A DNA stretch of 64,000 bases from Candidatus Falkowbacteria bacterium RIFOXYD12_FULL_34_57 (GTDB lineage Bacteria > Patescibacteriota > Patescibacteriia > Patescibacteriales > UBA12075), in assembly GCA_001780285.1 (NCBI GenBank), contig MFGN01000021.1, forward strand, positions 11,122-75,121, written 5' to 3'. A program made the position numbers and the translations under genes. Each line of letters opens with the position of its first letter. Positions within the stretch are counted from its first letter, which is position 1. Below the pieces are notes generated by a model. It was not told where the DNA came from, did no database searches, and saw only the letters and a program-made list of their open reading frames with translations. Positions 1 through 10,817 of this stretch are shown here, piece after piece.

Positions 1-272
1 TTGATAAATTAAAAAATATAAAACAAATTGAACAGGCCTTGCCTATTAATTAAAATTAAAAAATCACCCCGCTCTTATGTTATTCTGAGCTTACCTGCCC
101 GCCTTAGGGGAATTCAGAATCCATTCCGTAAAATTAGAGAATAAATTTTGTTATTTAAATTTACTTTGTAAATTCTGGATATTTTTTATTCTCCGCCAAC
201 TAGCGGATTATAGAAAATACAGAATGACGAGAGTAGTGGGTTGTTTAAATTAGTATATAATTATTTAATTTT

Positions 273-1181
273 ATGAAAAACACAAAAAATAACAAATCAA
301 TGCTTGCTCCGGGACACCGTGGATGCGCCGGATGCGGAGAACTTTTAGCAGCGCGCACCGTAGCTAATGCCCTTGGACCAAATACTATCATCGCCAATGG
401 TACCGGATGCCTGGAAGTCACCACCACTCCTTATCCGCAAAGCGCCTGGCGCATGCCATGGATCCATTCATTGTTCGAAAATGCGGCCGGTGTCGCTTCC
501 GGAATTCTGGCCGCTTTAAAGCAACAAAAAAAAGATAAAGAAATAAAAGTAGTCGCTCAGGGGGGAGATGGCGGAACATTTGATATCGGCTTCGGGCTAA
601 TAAGCGGTATGTGGGAAAGAGGAGAAAATATCCTTTATGTCTGCTATGACAACGAAGCTTATGCCAATACCGGTATGCAGGCTTCTGGCGCCACCCCTTG
701 GGGATCAAGCACTACTACTACTCCGGCGGGAGAAGGACAAACTATTGATGCTATCGGCTCTCATCAAAGAAAAAAAGATATGATTGCCATCGCTCTGGCT
801 CATGGACTGAATTATGTAGCGCAAACAACAGCTGGCTTTCTCTCTGATATAGAAGCAAAGGTAAAAAAGGCGGTAACAATGGAAGGACCCGCCTATATTC
901 AGATCATGACCCCCTGCATCCCGGGATGGAAAATAAGCCCTGATCAAACGCTTGCCATGGGACGCATGGCCGCAAAAACAGGCCTTTATCCTCAGCTGGA
1001 ATATATAAATGGAGAATTGGTAAACAAAACTAAAATTACAAAACCCATAAAAGTAGGAGAATATTTAAACGCTCAAGGCAGATTCAAGCATTTATTTAAA
1101 ACCGAACAGGGCAAGGAACAAATCAAATACATACAAAGTTTGGCTGATGCAAATATTAAAAAATACGGACTGGACAAATAG
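273..1181 (+). CDS. porB: 2-oxoacid(pyruvate):ferredoxin oxidoreductase, beta (TPP-binding) subunit
   Basis: 302-aa ORF. TPP motif GDG-x(~27)-N (GGDGGTFDIG...VCYDNEAYANTG). N-terminal GHRGCAGCG as in PorB/KorB-type beta subunits. Confidence 0.85.
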   Translation: MKNTKNNKSMLAPGHRGCAGCGELLAARTVANALGPNTIIANGTGCLEVTTTPYPQSAWRMPWIHSLFENAAGVASGILAALKQQKKDKEIKVVAQGGDGGTFDIGFGLISGMWERGENILYVCYDNEAYANTGMQASGATPWGSSTTTTPAGEGQTIDAIGSHQRKKDMIAIALAHGLNYVAQTTAGFLSDIEAKVKKAVTMEGPAYIQIMTPCIPGWKISPDQTLAMGRMAAKTGLYPQLEYINGELVNKTKITKPIKVGEYLNAQGRFKHLFKTEQGKEQIKYIQSLADANIKKYGLDK

Positions 1182-1295
1182 CGCTGAATGTAGGATATTT
1201 GTGATTTTTGAGACACTTAAGATATTTGAAATATATTTTGTAGCTATCATTATCTCAAATATCACAATAAACAATTAGAATTAATACAATATAAT

Positions 1296-1324
1296 AAAAA
1301 CAGGAAATAAAATTTCCTGTTTTT
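1296..1324. terminator. Bidirectional rho-independent terminator between porB (+) and rpoC (-)
   Basis: aaaaacaggaaa-taaaa-tttcctgttttt: perfect 7-bp GC-containing stem flanked by A-run and T-run. Confidence 0.7.
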
Positions 1325-1357
1325 ATTATATTGTTACTTGTTACCTGTTACTTGTTA

Positions 1358-4300
1358 TTATTTTCTATCTGAATAATCATCTCTCTTCTGCTTTCCCTTA
1401 TATCCGGTACCAGCCGGTATCAATCTACCGATAATCACATTTTCCTTAAGACCCTCCAGATAATCAATCTTTCCATTGATAGCAGCTTCAATTAACACTC
1501 TGGCTGTTTCCTGAAAAGATGCTGCTGACAAGAAACTATCAGTAGTAAGAGAAGCTTTAGTAATTCCAAGCAGTAATTGTTCGGTTTTAGCTTCTTTTTT
1601 TCCTTTTTCCAGAGCTTTATTGGATCTTTGCAAAACTGAATTTTCTATAATTTCTCCGGGCAATAAATCGGTATCGCCGCCATCTAAAACTAAAAATCTT
1701 GAAAACATTTGATGTGCGATAATTTCTATATGTTTATCGTTTAAGGGCTGACCCTGAGAGGAATACACATTCTGAATTTCTTTGATGATATATTTTTGCG
1801 TTCCCAATATCCCCTTTAAACTAAATAACTGCTTCAAATCCAAACTACCATCTGTTAATTGGTCTCCTTTTTGGACCATATCTCCTTCATTTACAAGTAT
1901 CGCCACCCCCTTTGGAACAATGAATTCTTTGATTTTTTCCGTATTTACTTTAATCTTTATTGTTTTTGCATCCACCGACACCGTGCCGCCTCTTGCGGCT
2001 TGAACTTTATTTTTACCCACGGACAATATATCCTGATTTGCTTTTACTATTTCTCCATCTTTCACCAATATTTTAAAATCAGATTTTTTAACTTTCTTTT
2101 TTTCATCATTTCCTTTTTGCTTTAAATTAATTTCTTTAAATATTTCGTTAAAATTGTATTTATCCGTAGTGGTTCCTTCATAATAAATCTTTAAATACTT
2201 GGAATGTGAATTTTGTATAATAGTTCTTCCGTTTTTATCTTCAATAATTCTTTCCCCTGATTCAATCTTTACTCTTCCGTTCACATCCGCCAAAAATGCT
2301 TTTCTTTTTGGTGATCTAGCTTCAAATATTTCTTCAACCCTAGGAAGACCCTGAGTAATATCATCGACACCGGCAATACCACCAGTGTGAAAAGTTCTCA
2401 TAGTAAGCTGTGTTCCCGGTTCTCCGATTGATTGCGCTGCTATTGTTCCCACTGCCACACCAATACTTGCCGGTTTGTTTTTACCCAAATCCCATCCATA
2501 ACATTTCACACAAACTCCTCTGTCCAACTTACAACTTAAAACTGATCGAATACAGGCTTCTGTTATTTTTTCTTTACTGATATTATCCAAAATATCCTCT
2601 GTAATCAATTCTCCTTTTTTTACCAACACTTTTCCCGCCTCATTCTTTAAATCTTTTGCTAAATATCTTCCTAAAATTCTTAGCGTCAAATCAATACCCA
2701 TATCTTTGCTTTCTTTTTGAGTCATAATAAACCCTTCTTCATCACCACAATCCTCGTCGGCAATAATTACATCCTGAGAAACATCCACCAATCTTCTGGT
2801 TAAATAACCGGCATTAGCGGTTCTTAGTGCTGTATCAGAAAGTCCCTTGCGAACACCATGGGTAGAGATAAAGTATTCCAAAACTCCAAATCCGCGTTTA
2901 AAATTACCTTTTACGGGAAGTTCAATAATATCTCCGGATGGCGAAGTTACTAAGCCTTTCATTCCTAAAATTTGAGTAAGTTGCGCCCATGACCCGCGAG
3001 CCCCAGATTCAATCATTGAATAAACCGGTCCATCGCTAGATAATCCAGTTTTACAAATATCTGTGACTTTTTCCTTAGCAGAGGTCCATGATTCAATTAC
3101 TTTGGCGTATCTTTCACTTTCAGTTAACAAACCATCATCAAATTGTTCTTGTATATTATCCACAATTTCCTGGGTCTCTGAAATTAAAATATCTTTTTCT
3201 TCAAATTTTGGCAAATCGCCCATTCCCCAAGATAAACCACTCTGAGTAATAAACTTAAAACTTTTTTCCTTTAACTCATCTAGTAGTTCTACGGTCCTTT
3301 CTGCTCCATAATACCGGAAACATTCCTTTACTAATCCAACCACCCTCTTCTTTCCCACCACTTCATTTATATATCTTAACTTTTCAGGTAAAATATCATT
3401 AAAAATAACCCTTCCTACAGTTGTTTCTATCAAGCCCTCTTTTTCTATTCTTACTTTTATAATTTCATGTAATTTGATATTTTTAGTATAGTATGCCAAC
3501 TTTGCTTCATCTGTATTAGAAAAATATTTTATGTTTTCCTCTTTTGCTTTTTTCAAAACAGTGGTAATATAAAAAACTCCCCAAACAATATCCTGACTCG
3601 GAGCAACAACCGGATCTCCTGTTGCCGGTTTTAATAAATTTTTAGTAGAGAGCATAATCTCAGAAGACTCTTTTATTGCTTCTTTAGTCAAAGGAACATG
3701 AACCGCCATTTGATCTCCATCAAAATCAGCATTAAAAGCACTACAAACCATTGGATGGATTTGAATAGCTTTTCCTTCAATTAGAACCGGTTTAAAAGAC
3801 TGGATTCCGAGCCTGTGCAAGGTGGGAGCGCGATTTAACATAACATATGAACCCTTAATAATATCTTCTAGTATATCCCAAACTTCATCTACCCCCGTAT
3901 CTATAAATTTAGAGGCGCTACGAACATTATGCACAATCTCCTTTTTAATTAATTTACTAATAATAAAAGGCTTGAATAATTCTAGAGCCATCTTCTTCGG
4001 TAAACCGCATTGATCTAAACGCAAATTAGGATTAACCACAATCACACTTCTTCCAGAATAATCAATTCTTTTTCCAAGTAAATTCTGTCTAAATCTTCCC
4101 TGTTTACCCTTAAGTGAATCCGCCAAAGATTTTAACATTCTTTTTTGTCCAGTTGAAGCTATTACTGTTTTTCCGTGTCTGGCTGAATTATCAATCAAGG
4201 CATCTACCGCTTCCTGCAACATTCTTTTTTCATTTCTACAAATTACTTCCGGAGCATTTAGCTTAATTAATTGTTTCAATCTATTGTTTCTGTTAATCAC

Positions 4301-5335
4301 CCTTCTGTACAGATCATTTAAATCAGATGTTGCGAATCTTCCGCCATCAAGGGCTACCATGGGCCTTAAATCCGGAGGAATAACCGGAATAACCGACAAT
4401 ACCATCCATTCCGGACGAATATTGTTTTGTTTTAAACTTTTTATTAATTTGAGTCGGCGAATAATTTTTTCTTTCTTGGTATCAATAACCTCTTCTAATT
4501 CTTTTTCAAGTTTCTTGGCCGTTTTTCCTAAATCTATTCTCTCTAAAAGTCCGCGCAGAGCTTCAGCACCAATACTAGCCTCAAAGACGTGTCCATATTT
4601 CAAACTTAAATTTTGATAAACGCTTTCAGAAATAATAGCCATTGGTTTCAAATCTTTTAATTCTTTTTGTGCCTGATCTAGCGCCCCTGATAAATTTACA
4701 AGCTTTTCTTCTTTAAGTTTTTCCAAAACATCAATTTCTTTTAAAATCTCAGTTTGAGCTTCTGATTCTTTTTTGCCATTTTGCAACAATTTTGCTTTTT
4801 TATTTTTTATTTCCTTAGTTTGTCTAATAAATTCATTTTCTATAATTTTTTTCTTTTGTTTAAATTCAGATTTAATTTGTTCTACCGTAGAATTTTTATA
4901 TTCCTCATTAACATCGGTAATAATAAAATTAGCAAAATAAACCACCTTCTCAAGAGCTTGCATAGAAAGCCCGAGAATTAAACCTATTTTTGAAGATAGA
5001 CCGCGAAGAAACCAAATATGAGTACAGGGGGTTTGAAGCTGTATATGCCCCATTCTTTCACGCCTTACCGCACTTCTGGTTACCTCCACTCCGCATTTGT
5101 CACAAATAATACCTTTATAGCGAATTTTTTTATATTTTCCGCAATAACATTCCCAATCTTTAGAAGGACCAAATATTTTTTCACAAAAAAGTCCGTCTTT
5201 TTCCGGTTTTTGTGTTCTATAATTAATAGTTTCCGGCCTAACAACCTCGCCATTTGACCACTCTAAAATATTTTTAGGGGATGCTAATTTTAATTTTATA
5301 GCGTCAAAATCAGTTGTTTTTATTGGATTAAGCAT
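1358..5335 (-). CDS. rpoC: DNA-directed RNA polymerase subunit beta'
   Basis: 1325-aa ORF. Catalytic NADFDGDQM motif and N-terminal zinc-ribbon cysteines (CYCGKYK...CDKCGVEV). Confidence 0.98.
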   Translation of the reverse strand: MLNPIKTTDFDAIKLKLASPKNILEWSNGEVVRPETINYRTQKPEKDGLFCEKIFGPSKDWECYCGKYKKIRYKGIICDKCGVEVTRSAVRRERMGHIQLQTPCTHIWFLRGLSSKIGLILGLSMQALEKVVYFANFIITDVNEEYKNSTVEQIKSEFKQKKKIIENEFIRQTKEIKNKKAKLLQNGKKESEAQTEILKEIDVLEKLKEEKLVNLSGALDQAQKELKDLKPMAIISESVYQNLSLKYGHVFEASIGAEALRGLLERIDLGKTAKKLEKELEEVIDTKKEKIIRRLKLIKSLKQNNIRPEWMVLSVIPVIPPDLRPMVALDGGRFATSDLNDLYRRVINRNNRLKQLIKLNAPEVICRNEKRMLQEAVDALIDNSARHGKTVIASTGQKRMLKSLADSLKGKQGRFRQNLLGKRIDYSGRSVIVVNPNLRLDQCGLPKKMALELFKPFIISKLIKKEIVHNVRSASKFIDTGVDEVWDILEDIIKGSYVMLNRAPTLHRLGIQSFKPVLIEGKAIQIHPMVCSAFNADFDGDQMAVHVPLTKEAIKESSEIMLSTKNLLKPATGDPVVAPSQDIVWGVFYITTVLKKAKEENIKYFSNTDEAKLAYYTKNIKLHEIIKVRIEKEGLIETTVGRVIFNDILPEKLRYINEVVGKKRVVGLVKECFRYYGAERTVELLDELKEKSFKFITQSGLSWGMGDLPKFEEKDILISETQEIVDNIQEQFDDGLLTESERYAKVIESWTSAKEKVTDICKTGLSSDGPVYSMIESGARGSWAQLTQILGMKGLVTSPSGDIIELPVKGNFKRGFGVLEYFISTHGVRKGLSDTALRTANAGYLTRRLVDVSQDVIIADEDCGDEEGFIMTQKESKDMGIDLTLRILGRYLAKDLKNEAGKVLVKKGELITEDILDNISKEKITEACIRSVLSCKLDRGVCVKCYGWDLGKNKPASIGVAVGTIAAQSIGEPGTQLTMRTFHTGGIAGVDDITQGLPRVEEIFEARSPKRKAFLADVNGRVKIESGERIIEDKNGRTIIQNSHSKYLKIYYEGTTTDKYNFNEIFKEINLKQKGNDEKKKVKKSDFKILVKDGEIVKANQDILSVGKNKVQAARGGTVSVDAKTIKIKVNTEKIKEFIVPKGVAILVNEGDMVQKGDQLTDGSLDLKQLFSLKGILGTQKYIIKEIQNVYSSQGQPLNDKHIEIIAHQMFSRFLVLDGGDTDLLPGEIIENSVLQRSNKALEKGKKEAKTEQLLLGITKASLTTDSFLSAASFQETARVLIEAAINGKIDYLEGLKENVIIGRLIPAGTGYKGKQKRDDYSDRK

Positions 5336-5457
5336 ATATAGTATTATGATATTTGAGATTTTTAAGATATTTGTGATATTTGAGATATATAATTCCCAAA
5401 AATCTTAAACATCCTAAACATCCTAATTATCTTATTTAAATAATAATAATATTATTT

Positions 5458-8400
5458 CTATTCCATTTCCCTTCTTTCTGTTTCAATATTTCCCCCTTTT
5501 TCTTCTGTAGTCTCATTTCCATCTAACAACTCCTCTTGTCCACCCAACAACTCTACATCTAAACAAAGTCCCTTCATTTCTCGAACTAGAACATTAAAAG
5601 ATTCTGGGACATTTAATTTTCTAATAGGTTCCCCCTTGATTATTGATTCATATGCTTTGCTTCTTCCTGGAACATCATCAGATTTAATAGTTAAAATCTC
5701 TTGCAGTGTATGCGCGGCTCCATAAGCTTCTAATGCCCAAACTTCCATTTCTCCGAAACGCTGACCTCCAAATTGAGCTTTGCCGCCAAGTGGTTGTTGA
5801 GTAATCAAGGAATAGGGACCTATTGATCGCTGATGAATCTTATCATCTACCATATGATTAAGCTTCAACATATATTTATAACCGACTGTAATTTCATTAT
5901 CAAAAGCTTCCCCCGTTTTTCCGTCATACAAAACCACTTTTCCGCTTTCAGGAAGTCCGGCCTTTTTTAATTCACCCCTTATCTGTTCTTCGGTAAGTCC
6001 ATTTAAAACTGGAGTAGCAACTTTATATCCTAATTTTTTAGCCGCAAACCCCAAATGAGTCTCTAAAAGCTGCCCAAGATTCATTCTGGAAATAATCCCC
6101 AAAGGAGATAAAATAATATCCACAGGAGTACCGTCCTCTAAATAAGGCATATCTTCTACCGGCACAATTTTAGAAATAACACCTTTGTTTCCGTGTCTTC
6201 CGGCCATTTTATCACCCACCTGAACTTTTCTAAGAACAGCCACTGTTACCTGTATAGACTCTAAGACACCTGCTGAAAGTTTATCACCGCTTTCGCGTGA
6301 AAATATTTTTACATCTACAACTTTTCCATGTTCTCCATGACCCAAATACAGTGAAGAATCCCGTACATCTTTAGCTTTTTCTCCAAAAATAGCTCTGAGC
6401 AATTTCTCCTCAGCGGAAAGTTCAGTTTCTCCTTTTGGTGTAATTTTTCCAACCAAAATATCCCCGGAAGAAACCTCTGCTCCAATTCTAATAATTCCCT
6501 GGTCGTCTAAATCTTTTAATTTTTCTTCTCCGATATTTGGAATATCACTGGTTACAACCTCGGGTCCTAATTTTGTATCTCGAACATCAATTGTGTAATC
6601 TTCTATATGAATAGATGAATATGTATCTTGTTTTACTAGAGATTCAGAAATAATAATCGCATCCTCATAGTTGAATCCGCCCCAAGTCATAAAAGCCACC
6701 AAAACATTCTTTCCCAAAGCAAGTTCACCATTATCTATAGATGGACCATTTGTTAAAACATCCCCTCTCTTTATCTTGTCTCCCACGCTAACTATTGGTT
6801 GTTGATTAATACAGGTTGAAGCATTGGATCTTAAAAATTTCGTCAAATCGTATCGTCTAGATTCACCCTTTGCATTTTTCGCTTCTATCATTAATGCGTC
6901 CACCTTTGTAATTTCACAATCTTCTTCAGCTAAAATAATATGCCCCGAGTTTCTAGCAGCCCTAGCCTCTACTCCTGTTCCCACAATTGGGGACTCAGCC
7001 TTTACCAAAGGAACTGCTTGCCTCTGCATGTTTGTTCCCATTAAAGCACGCTGTCCGTCATCGTGTTCCATAAAAGGGATTAACGATGTAGCAACAGAAA
7101 CGATTTGATTGGCTGCCACCCCCACAAAATCAATACTTGTTACATCACCAGAAGTTGGATTTCCATGTTTTCTAACCTCGCACCTGTCAACCAAAAAGTA
7201 CCCATTTTCATCAATTGGTGTTGTAAAAGCAGTGGTAATATATTTTTCTTCCTGAAAAGCATCAATATAAATAATTTCATTGGTAACGAAAGGTTTTACA
7301 GCTATTTTATCCGGTCCGCTTTCCTTTAATCTCATAGCTAATTTTTTATCAATCTTTCTTCCGGCCTTTATTAAAATTTTACCCTTTTTATCTTGTTGTC
7401 CTTCTTTTCTAATAATTTCATAAATATCATCCCTGGTAATCATTCCCTCCAAATCCTGCGTATCCCCCTTGGGAATATCATGTAAAACCCTTCTGTAGGG
7501 AGCTTCTAAAAATCCATATTTATTCAATTTGGCATAACTTGCTAAATGACCAACCAAGCCAATATTTGGCCCTTCTGGAGTTGCAATGGGACAAATACGC
7601 CCATAGTGGGTAGTGTGCACATCGCGCACATCAAAACCAGCTCTTTCCCTGGTTAATCCCCCCGGTCCCATAGCGGATAATCTTCGCTTATGTTCAAGTT
7701 CGGCCAAAGGATTAGTTTGATCCATAAACTGAGAAAGCTGTGAAGACATAAAAAATTCTTTTACAATACTGATTACCGGCCTGGCATTTATAAGTTTATT
7801 TGGAGTAAGGGTCTCAAGGTCTGCGGTGCTCATTCTGTCTTTTATAATCCTTTCCATGCGGGCAAGTCCTACTCTGAATTTATTTTGAATTAACTCTCCA
7901 ATAGCCCTTACCCTTCTATTACCCAAATGATCAATATCATCTTCCGGCTCTTGAGTTATATTAAGTCTGATAACTTCTTTTACAATTTCTATTAAATCCT
8001 CTCTGCGTAATATTCTGGTTTCTTTATTGTTTGGGATATCAATTCCAAACCTCCTGTTTATTTTATATCTTCCTACTCTATCAAAATCATATCGATCAAA
8101 CCTAAAAAACATAGAATAAATTAATTGGCGAGCATTCTCGGTGGTTGCTAAATCTCCCGGGCGTATTCTTTTGTATACCTCGCTCAATCCCTCTGCTTCA
8201 TTTTTTGCCAAATCTTTATTAATAGTAGCTTCAATATATCCATCCTCAGATAGATCCACTTCTTTAAAAAGGGCTTTTATATCTTCATCAGTTTCTATGC
8301 CAAAAGCGCGCAAGAGTGAAGTAACCGCCACTTTTCTCTTTCTGTCAATTCTAACCCAAATAACTTTATTAGCGTCTGTTTCTATTTCTAGCCACGCCCC

Positions 8401-8904
8401 CCTATTTGGAATAATTTTTGCTCCATAATATTTTTTTCCTTTTATATATTCTGATGAAAAAATAACTCCTGCACTTCGTATCAACTGAGAAACAACAACT
8501 CTTTCAATTCCATTAATAATAAAAGTGCCGTTATCAGTCATAATGGGAAAATCTCCTAAAAAAACCTCTTGAGTAACGCTTTGTTCTGTTCTTTTATTCT
8601 TCATTCTTACATTAACTCGCAGGGGAGCTTCATAAGTAATATTCTTTTTTCTGCTTTCCACTTCATCAAATTTTGGTTCATCCAGGTAATATTTCTCAAA
8701 ATATAGCTCTAAATCCCTGCCGATGAAATCCTGAATCGGAGAAACTTCATCAAACAAATCAAGAAGCCCTTCTTCCAAAAACCATTTATAAGAATTTTTC
8801 TGTACTTCAATTAAATCAGGCATAGGCATAAACTGGTGAGAATCACTAAATACTTTCCTTGTTTTTGAAACTTTAATATGACTTATATCGCCTCTATTTT
8901 TCAT
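5458..8904 (-). CDS. rpoB: DNA-directed RNA polymerase subunit beta
   Basis: 1148-aa ORF. Conserved C-terminal GEMEVWALEAYGAAHTLQE and the HLGNRRVR / RERAGFDVRDVH blocks. Lies directly upstream of rpoC. Confidence 0.98.
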   Translation of the reverse strand: MKNRGDISHIKVSKTRKVFSDSHQFMPMPDLIEVQKNSYKWFLEEGLLDLFDEVSPIQDFIGRDLELYFEKYYLDEPKFDEVESRKKNITYEAPLRVNVRMKNKRTEQSVTQEVFLGDFPIMTDNGTFIINGIERVVVSQLIRSAGVIFSSEYIKGKKYYGAKIIPNRGAWLEIETDANKVIWVRIDRKRKVAVTSLLRAFGIETDEDIKALFKEVDLSEDGYIEATINKDLAKNEAEGLSEVYKRIRPGDLATTENARQLIYSMFFRFDRYDFDRVGRYKINRRFGIDIPNNKETRILRREDLIEIVKEVIRLNITQEPEDDIDHLGNRRVRAIGELIQNKFRVGLARMERIIKDRMSTADLETLTPNKLINARPVISIVKEFFMSSQLSQFMDQTNPLAELEHKRRLSAMGPGGLTRERAGFDVRDVHTTHYGRICPIATPEGPNIGLVGHLASYAKLNKYGFLEAPYRRVLHDIPKGDTQDLEGMITRDDIYEIIRKEGQQDKKGKILIKAGRKIDKKLAMRLKESGPDKIAVKPFVTNEIIYIDAFQEEKYITTAFTTPIDENGYFLVDRCEVRKHGNPTSGDVTSIDFVGVAANQIVSVATSLIPFMEHDDGQRALMGTNMQRQAVPLVKAESPIVGTGVEARAARNSGHIILAEEDCEITKVDALMIEAKNAKGESRRYDLTKFLRSNASTCINQQPIVSVGDKIKRGDVLTNGPSIDNGELALGKNVLVAFMTWGGFNYEDAIIISESLVKQDTYSSIHIEDYTIDVRDTKLGPEVVTSDIPNIGEEKLKDLDDQGIIRIGAEVSSGDILVGKITPKGETELSAEEKLLRAIFGEKAKDVRDSSLYLGHGEHGKVVDVKIFSRESGDKLSAGVLESIQVTVAVLRKVQVGDKMAGRHGNKGVISKIVPVEDMPYLEDGTPVDIILSPLGIISRMNLGQLLETHLGFAAKKLGYKVATPVLNGLTEEQIRGELKKAGLPESGKVVLYDGKTGEAFDNEITVGYKYMLKLNHMVDDKIHQRSIGPYSLITQQPLGGKAQFGGQRFGEMEVWALEAYGAAHTLQEILTIKSDDVPGRSKAYESIIKGEPIRKLNVPESFNVLVREMKGLCLDVELLGGQEELLDGNETTEEKGGNIETERREME

Positions 8905-9375
8905 ATTGTTATTTATAAATATTTATAAAAATAATTAATTTATTTTTTTGAGTAACAAAAAACCTCAAAACCTAAATAGGCCTCGAGTTTAATGGTTGTC
9001 TTTGAAATTAATTAAGCAAAATGTTCACTAGCTTTTAATTAATTTTAAATGCATGGAGATTGTGAAAAATCACTAATATCAAAATAATATCAACAAAATA
9101 AAAAAACGGAAACTATTTTAAATACACAAAATATGGCTCCGTTTCTATTGCTCTGTAGACATAAAACTAAACATCAAAAAAACTAATGAAAAATTTTAAT
9201 TGAACAAATTTACTCTTTTTTGTCAACTATATAATAGTAGCAAATATTTTTTAACTTGTCAAGAGAATTCTAATAATCTAATTTATATTTAATATTAGAT
9301 AAATTATTATAAAATAATTTTATTCACAACCTAAAAACTAAAAGTTAAAAATAAGAAAATAAAAACAACAAAAAA

Positions 9376-10761
9376 CTAGTTAAACTCGTTCTTTAACAAT
9401 TCTCGAACTACCATTCTGTCATCCCAAGGTATCTTTTTCCCATACTCTATACAAATATATTGCTCATTTCCTTTCCCGGTAATCAAAACAATATCTCCTT
9501 TTTGAGCTAATTTTATGGCTTTTTCTATGGCCGCTCTTCGGTCTAATATTTTAAATAAATCTTTATTATTTTTTTTGCCGGCTCGTTCTGCGCCCAATGC
9601 TACCTGATCTATAATAATTTCCGGGTCATCATCATAAGGATCTTCATTTGTGACAATCACAAAATCAGCCTTTTCTCCGGCCAATTTCCCCAACTGCGGC
9701 CTTCTAGCCACATCTCGTCCTCCGCCGCATGAACCCAAAACATGGATTATCTTTTTATGGTTTAAAATATTTACTACCTCATAGAGCTTTGATATAGCCT
9801 TGGGTTCGTAAGCATAATCAACTACCACTAAAAAATCCTGTCCTTCGTCTATTTTTTCAAATCTTCCAGCTATCCCGTTAATTTTTTCTAAGGATTCTTT
9901 CATTTTCTTTTTTTTCACATTAAAAACCATTCCTACACAAATAGCATTCATAGTATTAACAACATTAAAATCGCCGAGTATCTGCAAATTTATTAAAAAA
10001 TCATTTATTTTGAAACTAGTGCCCTTTTTATCTGTTTTTATATTTCCATACTTTACAATCTCCACATTATTTCCAAAATTTTTATCACCCTGAGTATAAC
10101 TTATTTTATTTTCACTCCAAAAATTTAAAAAATAATCTGCATGCTCATCATCACCATTAACAATAATAGTTTTTTTAACACGATCAAATTCTGTCCTACG
10201 CAAACTTGAAATTGTTTTTATAATTATTTTTTTATTATCAGTATATTTTGTTTTACATTTTTTTAAATGCGCAAAAAGCTTTCCTTTGGCTTTCTTGTAA
10301 TTTTCAAAGCTACCGTGGGATTCAATATGTTCCGGATAAAGACCGGTAAAAACTAAAATATCGTAATTTATAAATCGATGGCGAAATTGTTCTACTCCTT
10401 CAGATGTTGTTTCCACAATAGCGTATTGACACTTGTTGCGCAACATATTGCGCAACATTTTTTGTATAAAGAACCTGCCAGCCATGGTCATTTTCTTATC
10501 ATTTGCCCATTCTCTCTTTCCGTCATTAAAAAGCGCCGTCGTAGTATAACCCACCTTATATCCCGCCCCTTCCAGCATTTTAACTATAAGATAAATACTA
10601 GTAGTCTTTCCGGTAGTTCCGGTGACCCCAATCACTATCAATTTCTCACTGGGCCGACCATAGACAATGCTAGCAAACCAAGCAAATAAAAAATGATAAA
10701 TCGGCTGCAACGATTTAAAAATTTTTCTGGGAATAATTTTTTTAATTATATTTAAAATCAT
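9376..10761 (-). CDS. Mur ligase family protein (MurE-like UDP-MurNAc-peptide ligase)
   Basis: 461 aa. ATP-binding GVTGTTGKTTS P-loop and Mur-ligase middle/C-terminal layout. Adjacent to a FemAB gene. Confidence 0.75.
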   Translation of the reverse strand: MILNIIKKIIPRKIFKSLQPIYHFLFAWFASIVYGRPSEKLIVIGVTGTTGKTTSIYLIVKMLEGAGYKVGYTTTALFNDGKREWANDKKMTMAGRFFIQKMLRNMLRNKCQYAIVETTSEGVEQFRHRFINYDILVFTGLYPEHIESHGSFENYKKAKGKLFAHLKKCKTKYTDNKKIIIKTISSLRRTEFDRVKKTIIVNGDDEHADYFLNFWSENKISYTQGDKNFGNNVEIVKYGNIKTDKKGTSFKINDFLINLQILGDFNVVNTMNAICVGMVFNVKKKKMKESLEKINGIAGRFEKIDEGQDFLVVVDYAYEPKAISKLYEVVNILNHKKIIHVLGSCGGGRDVARRPQLGKLAGEKADFVIVTNEDPYDDDPEIIIDQVALGAERAGKKNNKDLFKILDRRAAIEKAIKLAQKGDIVLITGKGNEQYICIEYGKKIPWDDRMVVRELLKNEFN

Positions 10762-10817
10762 AGTAGCATTTTAGCATATTAACAAAAATAAGTATTAATT
10801 AATATTCTGTTCTATCT

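Noticed and set aside
1782-8428. Many 60-110 aa ORFs antisense to or overlapping rpoC and rpoB (e.g. 1782-2003, 4284-4616, 6824-7108, 8141-8428).
   Set aside because: They lie entirely inside strongly supported RNA polymerase genes. They have low-complexity, stop-poor antisense composition and no start context. They are treated as shadow ORFs.
9198-9262. Sigma70-like promoter for rpoB on the minus strand (TTGACA at 9262-9257, 17-nt spacer, TACTAT at 9239-9234; a second TTGACA at 9226-9221).
   Set aside because: It is plausible but sits ~350 nt upstream of the start in extremely AT-rich DNA, where such hexamers arise by chance. The second TTGACA has no acceptable -10. It is not listed as a feature.
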